Shown one piece after another: positions 27,148 to 34,633 of a stretch of DNA of 34,633 nt. The position numbers and the translations under genes are program-made. The notes under the pieces were generated by a model. The model searched no databases. It saw only the letters and a program-made list of their open reading frames with translations, and was not told the DNA's origin. Numbering within the stretch: position 1 is the first letter of the stretch; the number at the start of each line of letters is the position of its first letter. Source of the DNA: Pseudomonadota bacterium (GTDB lineage Bacteria > Pseudomonadota > Gammaproteobacteria > JAAEPA01). The DNA lies in the NCBI GenBank assembly GCA_039714615.1, contig JBDLIZ010000001.1, positions 1 through 34,633 of the forward strand, in the 5' to 3' direction.

Positions 27148-27315
27148 CCTAAGGAATGCTACCAAAATAACTTCCCTATCTGACTTGCCTTATCGCTCGT
27201 ATTCGGCGTTGTGACAACAGTGACATAGCTGGAGCTATGCGCCTGTTGTCACGCCTTGAATACAAACGATCATCCGGCGCCAGTTAGGGAATTTATTTCG
27301 TTCGCATTCCTTAGG
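27148..27315. mobile_element. Foldback MITE family C (168 bp, near full-length palindrome)
   Basis: cctaaggaatgc...cttccctatctgac on the left pairs with gccagttagggaat...gcattccttagg on the right. Arms pair for about 73 nt (gtgacaacag / ctgttgtcac near the centre). Central mini-hairpin catagc-tgga-gctatg. Confidence 0.75.
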
Positions 27316-27407
27316 TGAGTTATTGTCACGCTTGAAACAATAGCGCATCATGCCCGCGGCGCCCCAACCTCCAATGTTGACGATCTTTCCCGCCCCCTAT
27401 AGCTAGA

Positions 27408-27463
27408 GCCCTTTCGACTCATTGGCAATGGTAAAGATAAAACCTGCATTCTGATCGGTTCCC
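27408..27463. repeat. Left copy of a 55-nt inverted repeat bracketing the M23 peptidase gene
   Basis: gccctttcgactcattggcaatggtaaagataaaacctgcattctgatcggttccc is the reverse complement of 28567..28621, with 2 substitutions and 1 indel. Confidence 0.85.
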
Positions 27464-27483
27464 TTGAGCTAACTCGGATGATC

Positions 27484-28398
27484 TCACTTGCCACCTCCGC
27501 CGATACCATGCGATGCCTTGGGATTGAGAACGATCTGGTTCTTTTGCGGTAGGAAAGACATCGGATCATGTGCTTTACCGTTTTCCTGCACCTCAAAGTG
27601 GAGGTGTGGACCGGTACTGCGCCCACTCGACCCGACCTTTGCAATCTGCTGTCCACGTTGGACTTTTTGGTTTGCTTTGACGTAGATTCTGTTCAGGTGG
27701 GCATACAGTGTATGGTAGCTCTTTGAGTGCCGGACAATGACTACTTTTCCATAACCATTTTGGATGCCGCTAAAAACCACCACGCCGGAATACGCGGCTC
27801 GGACCGGTGTCCCGCGCGGGGCCGCGATATCAATACCATAATGACACTCGCCACGGCGTGGGCCAAAGAGCGAGGTCATTCGTCCCTGATTGATCGGCCA
27901 TTTCAGGTCGACACTCTGTGTCTCGCGGCGTGCCCGGGGAAGCTTGATACGCTGCCCAATCGATATCCGATTGGGATTCGCAATGCCATTCAGGCAGGCC
28001 AAATGTTGATACGAAATACCATTTGACTTAGCGATAACCGACAGTGTCTCGCCTGCCCGAACCTCATGGAACCGCATCTCGGCACTTGCACATGCGATGC
28101 AACTGATCAAGTACATTAGTATACCCGCGGTAACGCGACGAGATTGTAGGATACCAAAAAGCAGTCTACTCCCTTCATTATTCACCAAGTCTGCGGCATC
28201 CGAGGACTGCACACAATTAGAATTCTCCGTGGTCCAGGTGGCGGAAGCTTGATCCGCGTAATCTGAATTCTTGGCAAACTCATACGACGGGTTTTTCTTT
28301 ACCCGAGGGTGATTGATAAAGACCATGATCCCCCCTGACCTTAGATTGTAGTTGTCTGTAACGGCTTTTTCATAAAAATGGAGCGCATGAATAGCCAT
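27484..28398 (-). CDS. LysM-domain M23 (NlpD/LytM-type) metallopeptidase
   Basis: LysM region HEVRAGETLSVIAKSNGISYQHLACLNGIANPNRISIGQRIKLP. M23 motifs HYGIDIAAPRGTPV and GRSTGPHLHFEV. An internal hydrophobic lipobox-like segment (AGILMYLISCIAC) follows about 90 poorly conserved residues, so the true start is uncertain. Confidence 0.85.
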   Translation of the reverse strand: MAIHALHFYEKAVTDNYNLRSGGIMVFINHPRVKKNPSYEFAKNSDYADQASATWTTENSNCVQSSDAADLVNNEGSRLLFGILQSRRVTAGILMYLISCIACASAEMRFHEVRAGETLSVIAKSNGISYQHLACLNGIANPNRISIGQRIKLPRARRETQSVDLKWPINQGRMTSLFGPRRGECHYGIDIAAPRGTPVRAAYSGVVVFSGIQNGYGKVVIVRHSKSYHTLYAHLNRIYVKANQKVQRGQQIAKVGSSGRSTGPHLHFEVQENGKAHDPMSFLPQKNQIVLNPKASHGIGGGGK

Positions 28399-28566
28399 GT
28401 TAGCAATCGAATAATAACTAAAACTTGCTTTTTAATAAACCGGCAAATGTTCGCCGCAGTGACCGTGCTAACACGTTTCCTCAATAATAGAAAAAGTAAG
28501 TTCTCCTGATCTACAAGTAAGCCTATCAAAAAAAAGCTTATAATACCTTGACGGAATTCCCTAAAC

Positions 28567-28621
28567 GGGACCGATCAGAATGCAGGTTTTATCTTTACCA
28601 TTGTAAATGAGTCGAAAGGGC
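28567..28621. repeat. Right copy of the 55-nt inverted repeat bracketing the M23 peptidase gene
   Basis: gggaccgatcagaatgcaggttttatctttaccattgtaaatgagtcgaaagggc. It runs into the perfect 24-bp palindrome gtcgaaagggctagccctttcgac at 28611-28634. Confidence 0.85.
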
Positions 28622-28814
28622 TAGCCCTTTCGACCGCGTATTAAAGTGTAAAGCACAATGATCGGTCTCCATATTTTGATTTTCGAGAGAGCAAATATCG
28701 TTATACGGACCAAGTGCTTTGCTATGTGAGTGAGATCGCTTGCAGAATCTAGATTCTAAAGCGATCATAGGGTTATCTGACGGTTACTGTGAAATATACA
28801 GTGAGAGAATAACC

Positions 28815-29954
28815 ATGATCAAAGAACCCTCCTTCACCATCGGCATAGAAGAAGAATATCTGCTGGTCGATCGTAAATCCCGCGACCTGATCCAGGATGC
28901 CCCTTTGGATATGCTGCCAAAATGCGAAAAGCTGCTCAAGGGACAGGTTACCCCGGAGTTCCTGCAATGCCAGATCGAGGTCGGGACCCGGGTGTGCAAG
29001 ACCCTGGGTGAAGCCCGTCAGGACCTGGCCCACCTGCGTCGCACCGTGGCCCAGGTCGCCGAAGGTTTCGGTCTGGGCCTGATCGCCGCCTCCACCCACC
29101 CCTTCGCCAGTTGGACCGAACAGAAACGCACCCCCAAGGACCGCTATGCCACTATCGCCCGGGATATGCAAGCCGTGGTGCGCCGCCTGATGATCGGCGG
29201 CATGCACGTCCATGTAGGGATTGAGGATCAGGACCTGCGCATCGATCTGATGAATCAGGTGAGTTATGTACTGCCTCATCTGCTTGCCCTGAGCACCTCA
29301 TCCCCTTTCTGGGTCGGTGAGGTCACCGGGCTAAAATCCTATCGTATCGCGGTATGGAACGAGATGCCGCGTACTGGACTGCCGGAACAGTTTGGAAGTT
29401 TTGGTGTCTATCAGCACCACATCGATGTCCTGATCCAGGCTGGAGTGATCGAGGACGCGACCCAGGTCTGGTGGGATGTCCGTCCCAGCGCCCGTTTCCC
29501 GACCCTGGAGATGCGTATCGCCGATGTGTGTACGCGGCTGGAGGATACCCTCTGTATCGCCGCCATCTACCTGTGCTGGCTACGCATGCTCTATCGATTG
29601 CGCATCGCCAATCAGCGTTGGCGCAAATACGCGCCGATGCTGATCAAAGAGAACCGCTGGCGTGCCCAGCGCTATGGACTGGATAAGGGACTGATCGACT
29701 TCGGCCGCGGACGCATTGTCCCTTATCCCGACTTGTTAGAGGAAATCATTGCGATGGTGGGCGAGGACGCAGAACACCTAGGCTGCGTCAAGGAACTGGA
29801 GCACGCGCGTAAGATTCTGACTGAAGGGACCAGTGCCCACCATCAACTCAGGGTATATTACCAGGCCCTGGACCAGGGTGCTAACCAACAGGAGGCCTTG
29901 ATTGCAGTGGTAGACATGTTGATGAAAGATACATTGCATGGGGTAACGGGTTAA
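28815..29954 (+). CDS. YbdK-family carboxylate-amine ligase (glutamate-cysteine ligase 2 family)
   Basis: Start MIKEPSFTIGIEEEYLLVD, the typical N-terminus of this family. Also GMHVHVGI, WWDVRPS..FPTLEMRIADV and ENRWRAQRYG. ATG at 28815 with gagag upstream is preferred over the listed 28740. Confidence 0.8.
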   Translation: MIKEPSFTIGIEEEYLLVDRKSRDLIQDAPLDMLPKCEKLLKGQVTPEFLQCQIEVGTRVCKTLGEARQDLAHLRRTVAQVAEGFGLGLIAASTHPFASWTEQKRTPKDRYATIARDMQAVVRRLMIGGMHVHVGIEDQDLRIDLMNQVSYVLPHLLALSTSSPFWVGEVTGLKSYRIAVWNEMPRTGLPEQFGSFGVYQHHIDVLIQAGVIEDATQVWWDVRPSARFPTLEMRIADVCTRLEDTLCIAAIYLCWLRMLYRLRIANQRWRKYAPMLIKENRWRAQRYGLDKGLIDFGRGRIVPYPDLLEEIIAMVGEDAEHLGCVKELEHARKILTEGTSAHHQLRVYYQALDQGANQQEALIAVVDMLMKDTLHGVTG

Positions 29955-30026
29955 TTGAAATTGAAGTAAACCACCAGCTATGCCGGTGAAACTTGAATAG
30001 GCTCTGCCATTATACCGCGAGGGTTG

Positions 30027-30177
30027 GTGAACGTACACGTGCTCGTGCTCGTGAACGAAGGGAATAACACATGCTGGATTATAAAAGATTAGATGCTCAT
30101 CAATGCGCCATGCTAACGAAAATGTGCTGATCGGCCGAGTAATATCGAGCACGTTCACGAGCACGTGTACGAGCACG
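30027..30177. repeat. Inverted repeat with hexamer periodicity, arms about 30 nt, spacer about 88 nt
   Basis: The left arm gtgaacgtacacgtgctcgtgctcgtgaacg (30027-30057) pairs with the right arm cgagcacgttcacgagcacgtgtacgagcacg (30146-30177). The cores are complementary except for one extra ctcgtg hexamer in the left arm. Confidence 0.7.
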
Positions 30178-30302
30178 GGATCAATAGCCCCGACCGGGGC
30201 CTTCCCCAAGCCACCCGCTATGTGGGTGGTTGGTGATTGGCTCGGCTTTAGTCTACAGGCCCGTATGTAAAGCAAGGCATAATCAGTCGCTATTCTATAC
30301 CC

Positions 30303-30632
30303 ATGGATGTTCTTATCGCCCTCGCAGTACTCGCCTTCCTGCTCTGGTTCTGGGTAGACAGTATGCATGCCCGTGAAGAGGCCCTGCGGCGCTGTGCAAT
30401 ACTGTGCCGGGAAATGGATGTGCAGCTACTCGATCAGACGGTGCGGGTGGCACGATTACGCCTGGCCAGAGACCATCGCGGTCGGATTCGAGTACGCCGT
30501 TTTTATGTCTATGAATTCAGTACCGATGGGGTAAACCGCTGGCATGGCATCGCCATACTGCTTGGACAACGGCTGGAATATCTGCACATGGAGCATCCGG
30601 ACGGCCCGATCATCCAAGACACAAAATCCTAG
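30303..30632 (+). CDS. DUF3301-family small membrane-anchored protein
   Basis: N-terminal TM segment VLIALAVLAFLLWFW, then AREEALRRCAILCREMDVQLLDQTVRVARLRLARD..G.IRVRRFYVYEFSTDG, matching my recollection of DUF3301. Confidence 0.6.
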   Translation: MDVLIALAVLAFLLWFWVDSMHAREEALRRCAILCREMDVQLLDQTVRVARLRLARDHRGRIRVRRFYVYEFSTDGVNRWHGIAILLGQRLEYLHMEHPDGPIIQDTKS

Positions 30633-30744
30633 GGGCCTGTCCGAGGGTTTTGCACGATTTGCATGCATATACCGGTCTTAGCACTCGAATTCAATCGCTA
30701 GGAAATAAATATTAGCGGCCCATCACCACCAAGTTGTGCGGAAC

Positions 30745-32916
30745 ATGACATTGAACATCAAAAAGGTCCTACTTGCGGCACTTATCCTCAGCCTGATCTA
30801 TTTATTCTTCGCCTTCGATCTGGGCCAGTATCTGAACCTGCAATATCTAAAGTCCCAGCAGCAGGTCATGGAAGGTTATTATCACGCCCAGCCGGCGCAG
30901 ACCCTGATCACCTACTTTGCCATCTATGTAGCGGTAACGGGCCTATCGCTACCTGGGGCAACCCTGTTGACGTTGATGGGTGGGGCGATATTCGGTCTAT
31001 TCTGGGGATTGATAGTCGTCTCTTTCGCATCCAGTCTTGGGGCCACCCTGGCGTTCCTGGTGTCACGGTTTGTATTTCGTGACCTGGTTCAGAAAAGGTT
31101 TGGCGACAGCCTAGAGGCCATCAACCGAGGGATAGAGAAAGACGGTGCCTTTTACTTGTTCACGTTGAGGCTGGTCCCAGCATTCCCATTCTTTATCATC
31201 AATCTGGCCATGGGCCTGACGCCGATACGGACCCTGACCTTTTATCTCGTCAGCCAGGTAGGCATGTTCGCCGGCACCCTGATTTACGTCAATGCCGGCA
31301 CCCAACTTGCCGGGCTAGAGTCGTTGCATGGAATACTCTCTCCGGGCCTGATCATCTCCTTCGTACTACTGGGGATCTTTCCATTGATCGCCAAGAAGCT
31401 CAGTGAAGCGATTCAGGCCCGCCGGATATTCCGAGGCTATACCAAACCCAAGGCCTTTGACGCCAACCTGGTGGTGATCGGGGCCGGCTCCGCCGGGTTG
31501 GTAAGCGCCTACATCGCCGCAGCCGTAAAGGCCAAGGTCATTCTCATCGAGAAACATAAAATGGGCGGTGACTGCCTGAATACCGGCTGCGTACCCTCCA
31601 AGGCATTGATCCGTTCGGCAAAATACCTCAACCTGGTTGATCGCGCCCGAGAGTTCGGTTTCAAAACAGCACAGGTAGATTTCGACTTCAGTGAGGTGAT
31701 GGAACGGGTCCAGCGGGTGATCAAGAAGGTAGAACCCCATGACTCGGTAGAACGCTATACCAAGCTTGGCGTGGAATGCCTGCAGGGCGAGGCCAGGATC
31801 ACATCGCCCTACACCGTCGAGGTCAACGGTCGGACACTGTGCACCCGCAGCATCATCATCGCCGCGGGGGCCAGGCCTTTCGTTCCCCCGATCGAAGGCA
31901 TCGAAGACATGGCGTATTGGACCTCGGACAATCTTTGGCAGATACGCCAACGACCCGATCGTCTAGTCGTGCTCGGTGGCGGCCCCATCGGTTGCGAGCT
32001 CGCACAGGCCTTTGCTCGCTTTGGTGTCCGAGTCACTCAGGTGGAGATGCTGCCCCGGATCATGATCCGTGAAGACCCGGAGATCTCAGCGATGATCATG
32101 GAACGTTTTCGCGGCGAGGGGATCGAGGTACGGGTCGAGCATGAAGCCAAACGTTTTATGGTCGAAAACGCTCAGAAGGTCTTGATATGCGATCATAAAG
32201 GCGCAGAGGTGCGCATCGAATTCGACCAACTATTGGTGGCCGTGGGCCGAATCGCAAACACCGAGGGCTATGGCCTGGAAAATCTTGGCATCGGTCTGAC
32301 ATCAAGACATACCGTCGAGGTCAATGAATATCTACAAACCCGATTTCCCAATATCTATGCATGTGGCGATGTGGCCGGTCCTTACCAGTTCACCCACACC
32401 GCCGCCCATCAAGCCTGGTATGCAGCGGTCAATGCATTGTTCGGCAGCTTCAGAAAATACCAGGCCGACTATTCGGTCATCCCCTGGGCAACCTTTACCG
32501 ATCCCGAGGTCGCCCGGGTAGGATTGAACGAACAGGAGGCCAAGGAGCGGAACATCAACTATGAAATTACCCGTTATGGTATAGATGATTTGGACCGGGC
32601 CATCGCCGATGAGGCGGCCCATGGCCTGGTCAAGGTACTGACCGTACCGGGTAAGGACAAGATTCTTGGCGCGACCATCGTCGGCGAACACGCCGCTGAA
32701 CTCATTGCCGAATATGTCTCGGCCATGCGCCACGGTCTCGGGATGAACAAGATCCTTGGCACCATCCATATTTACCCCACCCTGACCGAGGCCAATAAAT
32801 TTGCCGCCGGAGAGTGGAAACGGGCCCATGTCCCTCAGGGGTTATTGAAGTGGGTAAAGCGCTATCATCGCTGGCGGCGGAATAACCACGAACCCGCAGT
32901 GGAAAAAATGATCTGA
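30745..32916 (+). CDS. Fusion of TVP38/TMEM64 (DedA-like) membrane domain with a class I pyridine nucleotide-disulfide oxidoreductase
   Basis: The N-terminal 230 aa are polytopic (LRLVPAFPFFIINLAMG is DedA/SNARE-associated-like). Then come VVIGAGSAGLVSA (FAD), GGDCLNTGCVPSK (redox CxxxxC), VVLGGGPIGCELA (NAD(P)) and a C-terminal dimerisation domain with HIYPTLTE. Confidence 0.8.
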   Translation: MTLNIKKVLLAALILSLIYLFFAFDLGQYLNLQYLKSQQQVMEGYYHAQPAQTLITYFAIYVAVTGLSLPGATLLTLMGGAIFGLFWGLIVVSFASSLGATLAFLVSRFVFRDLVQKRFGDSLEAINRGIEKDGAFYLFTLRLVPAFPFFIINLAMGLTPIRTLTFYLVSQVGMFAGTLIYVNAGTQLAGLESLHGILSPGLIISFVLLGIFPLIAKKLSEAIQARRIFRGYTKPKAFDANLVVIGAGSAGLVSAYIAAAVKAKVILIEKHKMGGDCLNTGCVPSKALIRSAKYLNLVDRAREFGFKTAQVDFDFSEVMERVQRVIKKVEPHDSVERYTKLGVECLQGEARITSPYTVEVNGRTLCTRSIIIAAGARPFVPPIEGIEDMAYWTSDNLWQIRQRPDRLVVLGGGPIGCELAQAFARFGVRVTQVEMLPRIMIREDPEISAMIMERFRGEGIEVRVEHEAKRFMVENAQKVLICDHKGAEVRIEFDQLLVAVGRIANTEGYGLENLGIGLTSRHTVEVNEYLQTRFPNIYACGDVAGPYQFTHTAAHQAWYAAVNALFGSFRKYQADYSVIPWATFTDPEVARVGLNEQEAKERNINYEITRYGIDDLDRAIADEAAHGLVKVLTVPGKDKILGATIVGEHAAELIAEYVSAMRHGLGMNKILGTIHIYPTLTEANKFAAGEWKRAHVPQGLLKWVKRYHRWRRNNHEPAVEKMI

Positions 32917-32922
32917 ACACTC

Positions 32923-33348
32923 ATGATCCGAATCACCAATAAGATCCGCATCCACGAACAGGAACTGGAGGAACACTTTGTCAGAGCCTCAGGTCCGGGC
33001 GGACAAAACGTCAATAAGGTCTCTACCGCAGTGCAGCTGCGTTTCGACGTTGAAAACTCGCCGTCTTTGCCCCCTAAGATTCGCCAACGCCTGAAATACT
33101 TGGCGGGTAAACGTCTGACCACGGAGGGTGTTCTAATCATTGTAGGTCGACGTTACCGCACTCAGGAACGCAATCGTGAAGATGCCCGGCAACGCCTGGT
33201 GGCACTGCTACGTCAAGCTGCTGTAAAATCTAAACCCCGCATCCCGACAAAACCAACGCGCGCCTCCAAAAAACGCCGCTTGGCGTCTAAAACAAAACGC
33301 GGCCAAGATAAAAAGTTAAGAAGAAGAATCGATACTCAAGATGAGTAG
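32923..33348 (+). CDS. arfB: Alternative ribosome-rescue factor ArfB (peptidyl-tRNA hydrolase, YaeJ type)
   Basis: SGPGGQNVNKVSTAV (GGQ motif) and a basic C-terminal tail KPTRASKKRRLASKTKRGQDKKLRRR. 141 aa. Confidence 0.9.
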   Translation: MIRITNKIRIHEQELEEHFVRASGPGGQNVNKVSTAVQLRFDVENSPSLPPKIRQRLKYLAGKRLTTEGVLIIVGRRYRTQERNREDARQRLVALLRQAAVKSKPRIPTKPTRASKKRRLASKTKRGQDKKLRRRIDTQDE

Positions 33349-33362
33349 CAAGCAGAAAAATC

Positions 33363-34253
33363 ATGCGACTGGTCACCTGCAACTATCAACAAAAACACTA
33401 TCTAGGGATCAGTAAAGGTGACGATGTAGTCTTACCTGCATTGTCCGCCAAGGTTCCTCCCCACTTTAACAACATGCTCGCCCTAATCGAGGGCGGGGCA
33501 GCGGCCTTAGCCGAACTGCGCCAATGGCTAGACGAGCACCCCGACCACCGGCAAATTCCTAAGGACCAGATTAGATTACTGGCCCCCATCCCCCGACCGC
33601 GTAAAAACATCATGGCCTTGGGCTGGAATTATGCTGACCATGTAGAAGAATCGGCGCAGGCCTTTAAACGGGACCTGAAGCTGCCGGAGCACCCGGTGGT
33701 ATTCACCAAGTCAGTCACCACTGTCAATGGCCCCTATGACGATTTCCCTTACGATAAGCACCTGTCTACACAAATCGATTGGGAGGTCGAACTGGGCGTG
33801 ATCATCGGCAGGGGCGATCGAGGAATCCCCATCAAAGAGGCACTCGACCACGTGTTTGGTTATACGGTCATTAACGATATTTCCGCTCGCGACCTGCAAT
33901 CCCGCCACCGACAGTTCTTTATGGGTAAGAGTCTCGATGGCAGCTGTCCGATGGGCCCCTGGATCGTTACCCGGGATGAGATACCCAACCCTCAGGAACT
34001 GGATCTATGCAGTCGGGTAAACGGCGAACTGAAACAACAGTCCAACACCCGGCACCAGATCTTCGACGTCGCCACGACCCTTTCCATTTTGTCTCAGGGA
34101 ATGACTCTCGAACCCGGAGACATTATCGCTACGGGCACCCCAAGCGGTGTTGGATTCGCCCGCACACCACCAGAATTTTTGCACCCGGATGATGTCGTGG
34201 AATGCGAAGTGCAAGGCATTGGGACGATAAGGAATAGGATCGTCGCCGTTTGA
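33363..34253 (+). CDS. Fumarylacetoacetate hydrolase (FAH) family protein
   Basis: P.IFTK-like VVFTKSV, DWEVELGVIIG, TVINDISARDLQ, GKSLDGSCPMGPW and GDIIATGTPSGVG. 296 aa. Confidence 0.9.
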   Translation: MRLVTCNYQQKHYLGISKGDDVVLPALSAKVPPHFNNMLALIEGGAAALAELRQWLDEHPDHRQIPKDQIRLLAPIPRPRKNIMALGWNYADHVEESAQAFKRDLKLPEHPVVFTKSVTTVNGPYDDFPYDKHLSTQIDWEVELGVIIGRGDRGIPIKEALDHVFGYTVINDISARDLQSRHRQFFMGKSLDGSCPMGPWIVTRDEIPNPQELDLCSRVNGELKQQSNTRHQIFDVATTLSILSQGMTLEPGDIIATGTPSGVGFARTPPEFLHPDDVVECEVQGIGTIRNRIVAV

Positions 34254-34281
34254 AAAAAATCGTAATTAATCTTTCACGTTA

Positions 34282-34417
34282 TAGCCCGTAGGTTGGGGTG
34301 AGGAACGAACCCCAACACATACCCAATCATGCCTCGCACTCATCCCGGATCAGATATTCCCAGTCCCGACGCTGCCATTCGTTGGGGTTCATTCTTCACC
34401 CCAATCTACGCGGGCTA
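34282..34417. mobile_element. REP/MITE-like foldback element family D (136 bp)
   Basis: tagcccgtaggttggggtgaggaacgaaccccaac pairs with gttggggttcattcttcaccccaatctacgcgggcta, giving about 35-nt imperfect terminal inverted repeats. Each arm also contains its own gttgggg/ccccaac hairpin. Confidence 0.7.
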
Positions 34418-34576
34418 CGGTGGGCAAGATTGTTCGACAAGCTAGAAAGTGAATAAGCCTTGAGACCAAAAGCAGTCTAATAGATAGACCTGATAATCAT
34501 CTAGCCGACTCCCCAAGCAAGCGGTATCGTTCGATGTTTAACGACATTGATCGAGAACCTGAAAGATGAGTCGGAA

Positions 34577-34633
34577 ATGAAACTATACGGTGGAATTGAT
34601 CTTCATTCCAACAATAATGTGGTGACGCTATTG
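34577..34633 (+). CDS. IS110-family (DEDD) transposase, first 19 codons only (runs off window)
   Basis: MKLYGGIDLHSNNNVVTLL matches the conserved N-terminal GIDxH/K motif that carries the first Asp of IS110-family transposases. The ORF is still open at the window end. Confidence 0.55.
   Translation, partial: MKLYGGIDLHSNNNVVTLL

Noticed and set aside
30027-30177. Possibility that the short periodic repeats represent a CRISPR array
   Set aside because: The units are 6 nt and arranged as two inverted arms, not 25-40-nt direct repeats with unique spacers. No cas genes are present.
29778-30368. 196-aa minus-strand ORF with His-rich stretches (VHEHEHVYVH and LVHVLVNVL)
   Set aside because: It overlaps the 3' end of the ybdK-like gene and the start of the DUF3301 gene. 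Its odd peptide repeats are the two arms of the hexamer-periodic inverted repeat read in one frame.

Overview
This window looks like chromosomal DNA from a gammaproteobacterial chemolithoautotrophic sulfur oxidiser; the taxon is inferred from gene content only. The core is energy metabolism. It holds the tail of a cbb3-oxidase assembly cluster (FixH/CcoH-like plus a DsbD_2-type membrane protein) and korAB 2-oxoglutarate:ferredoxin oxidoreductase, whose stop codon overlaps the start of a ferritin-like gene. It also holds aprBA APS reductase, a divergent GalT/APAT-family nucleotidyltransferase broken by one in-frame TAG, a Lys-type H+-pyrophosphatase, a PPi-type phosphofructokinase and adenylate kinase. 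Around these sit a GGDEF-EAL signalling protein, an outer-membrane barrel with a mini periplasmic binding protein, an hxlR/ahpD-like/methyltransferase islet of visibly lower GC, a LysM-M23 peptidase, a YbdK-type ligase, DUF3301, a DedA-flavoprotein fusion, arfB and a FAH-family hydrolase. I found no rRNA, tRNA, CRISPR array or recognisable defence system. The most unusual layer is non-coding. At least five unrelated families of foldback (MITE/REP-like) repeats occupy the intergenic spacers. One 164-bp family occurs three times plus a solo end and shows compensatory stem substitutions. Two single genes (a YkgJ-type Cys-cluster gene and the M23 peptidase) are each bracketed by long inverted repeats with no transposase nearby. 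The window ends in the first 19 codons of an IS110-family transposase. All calls come from reading the sequence and ORF track by eye. No searches were run, so family assignments are recollection-based and need confirmation.
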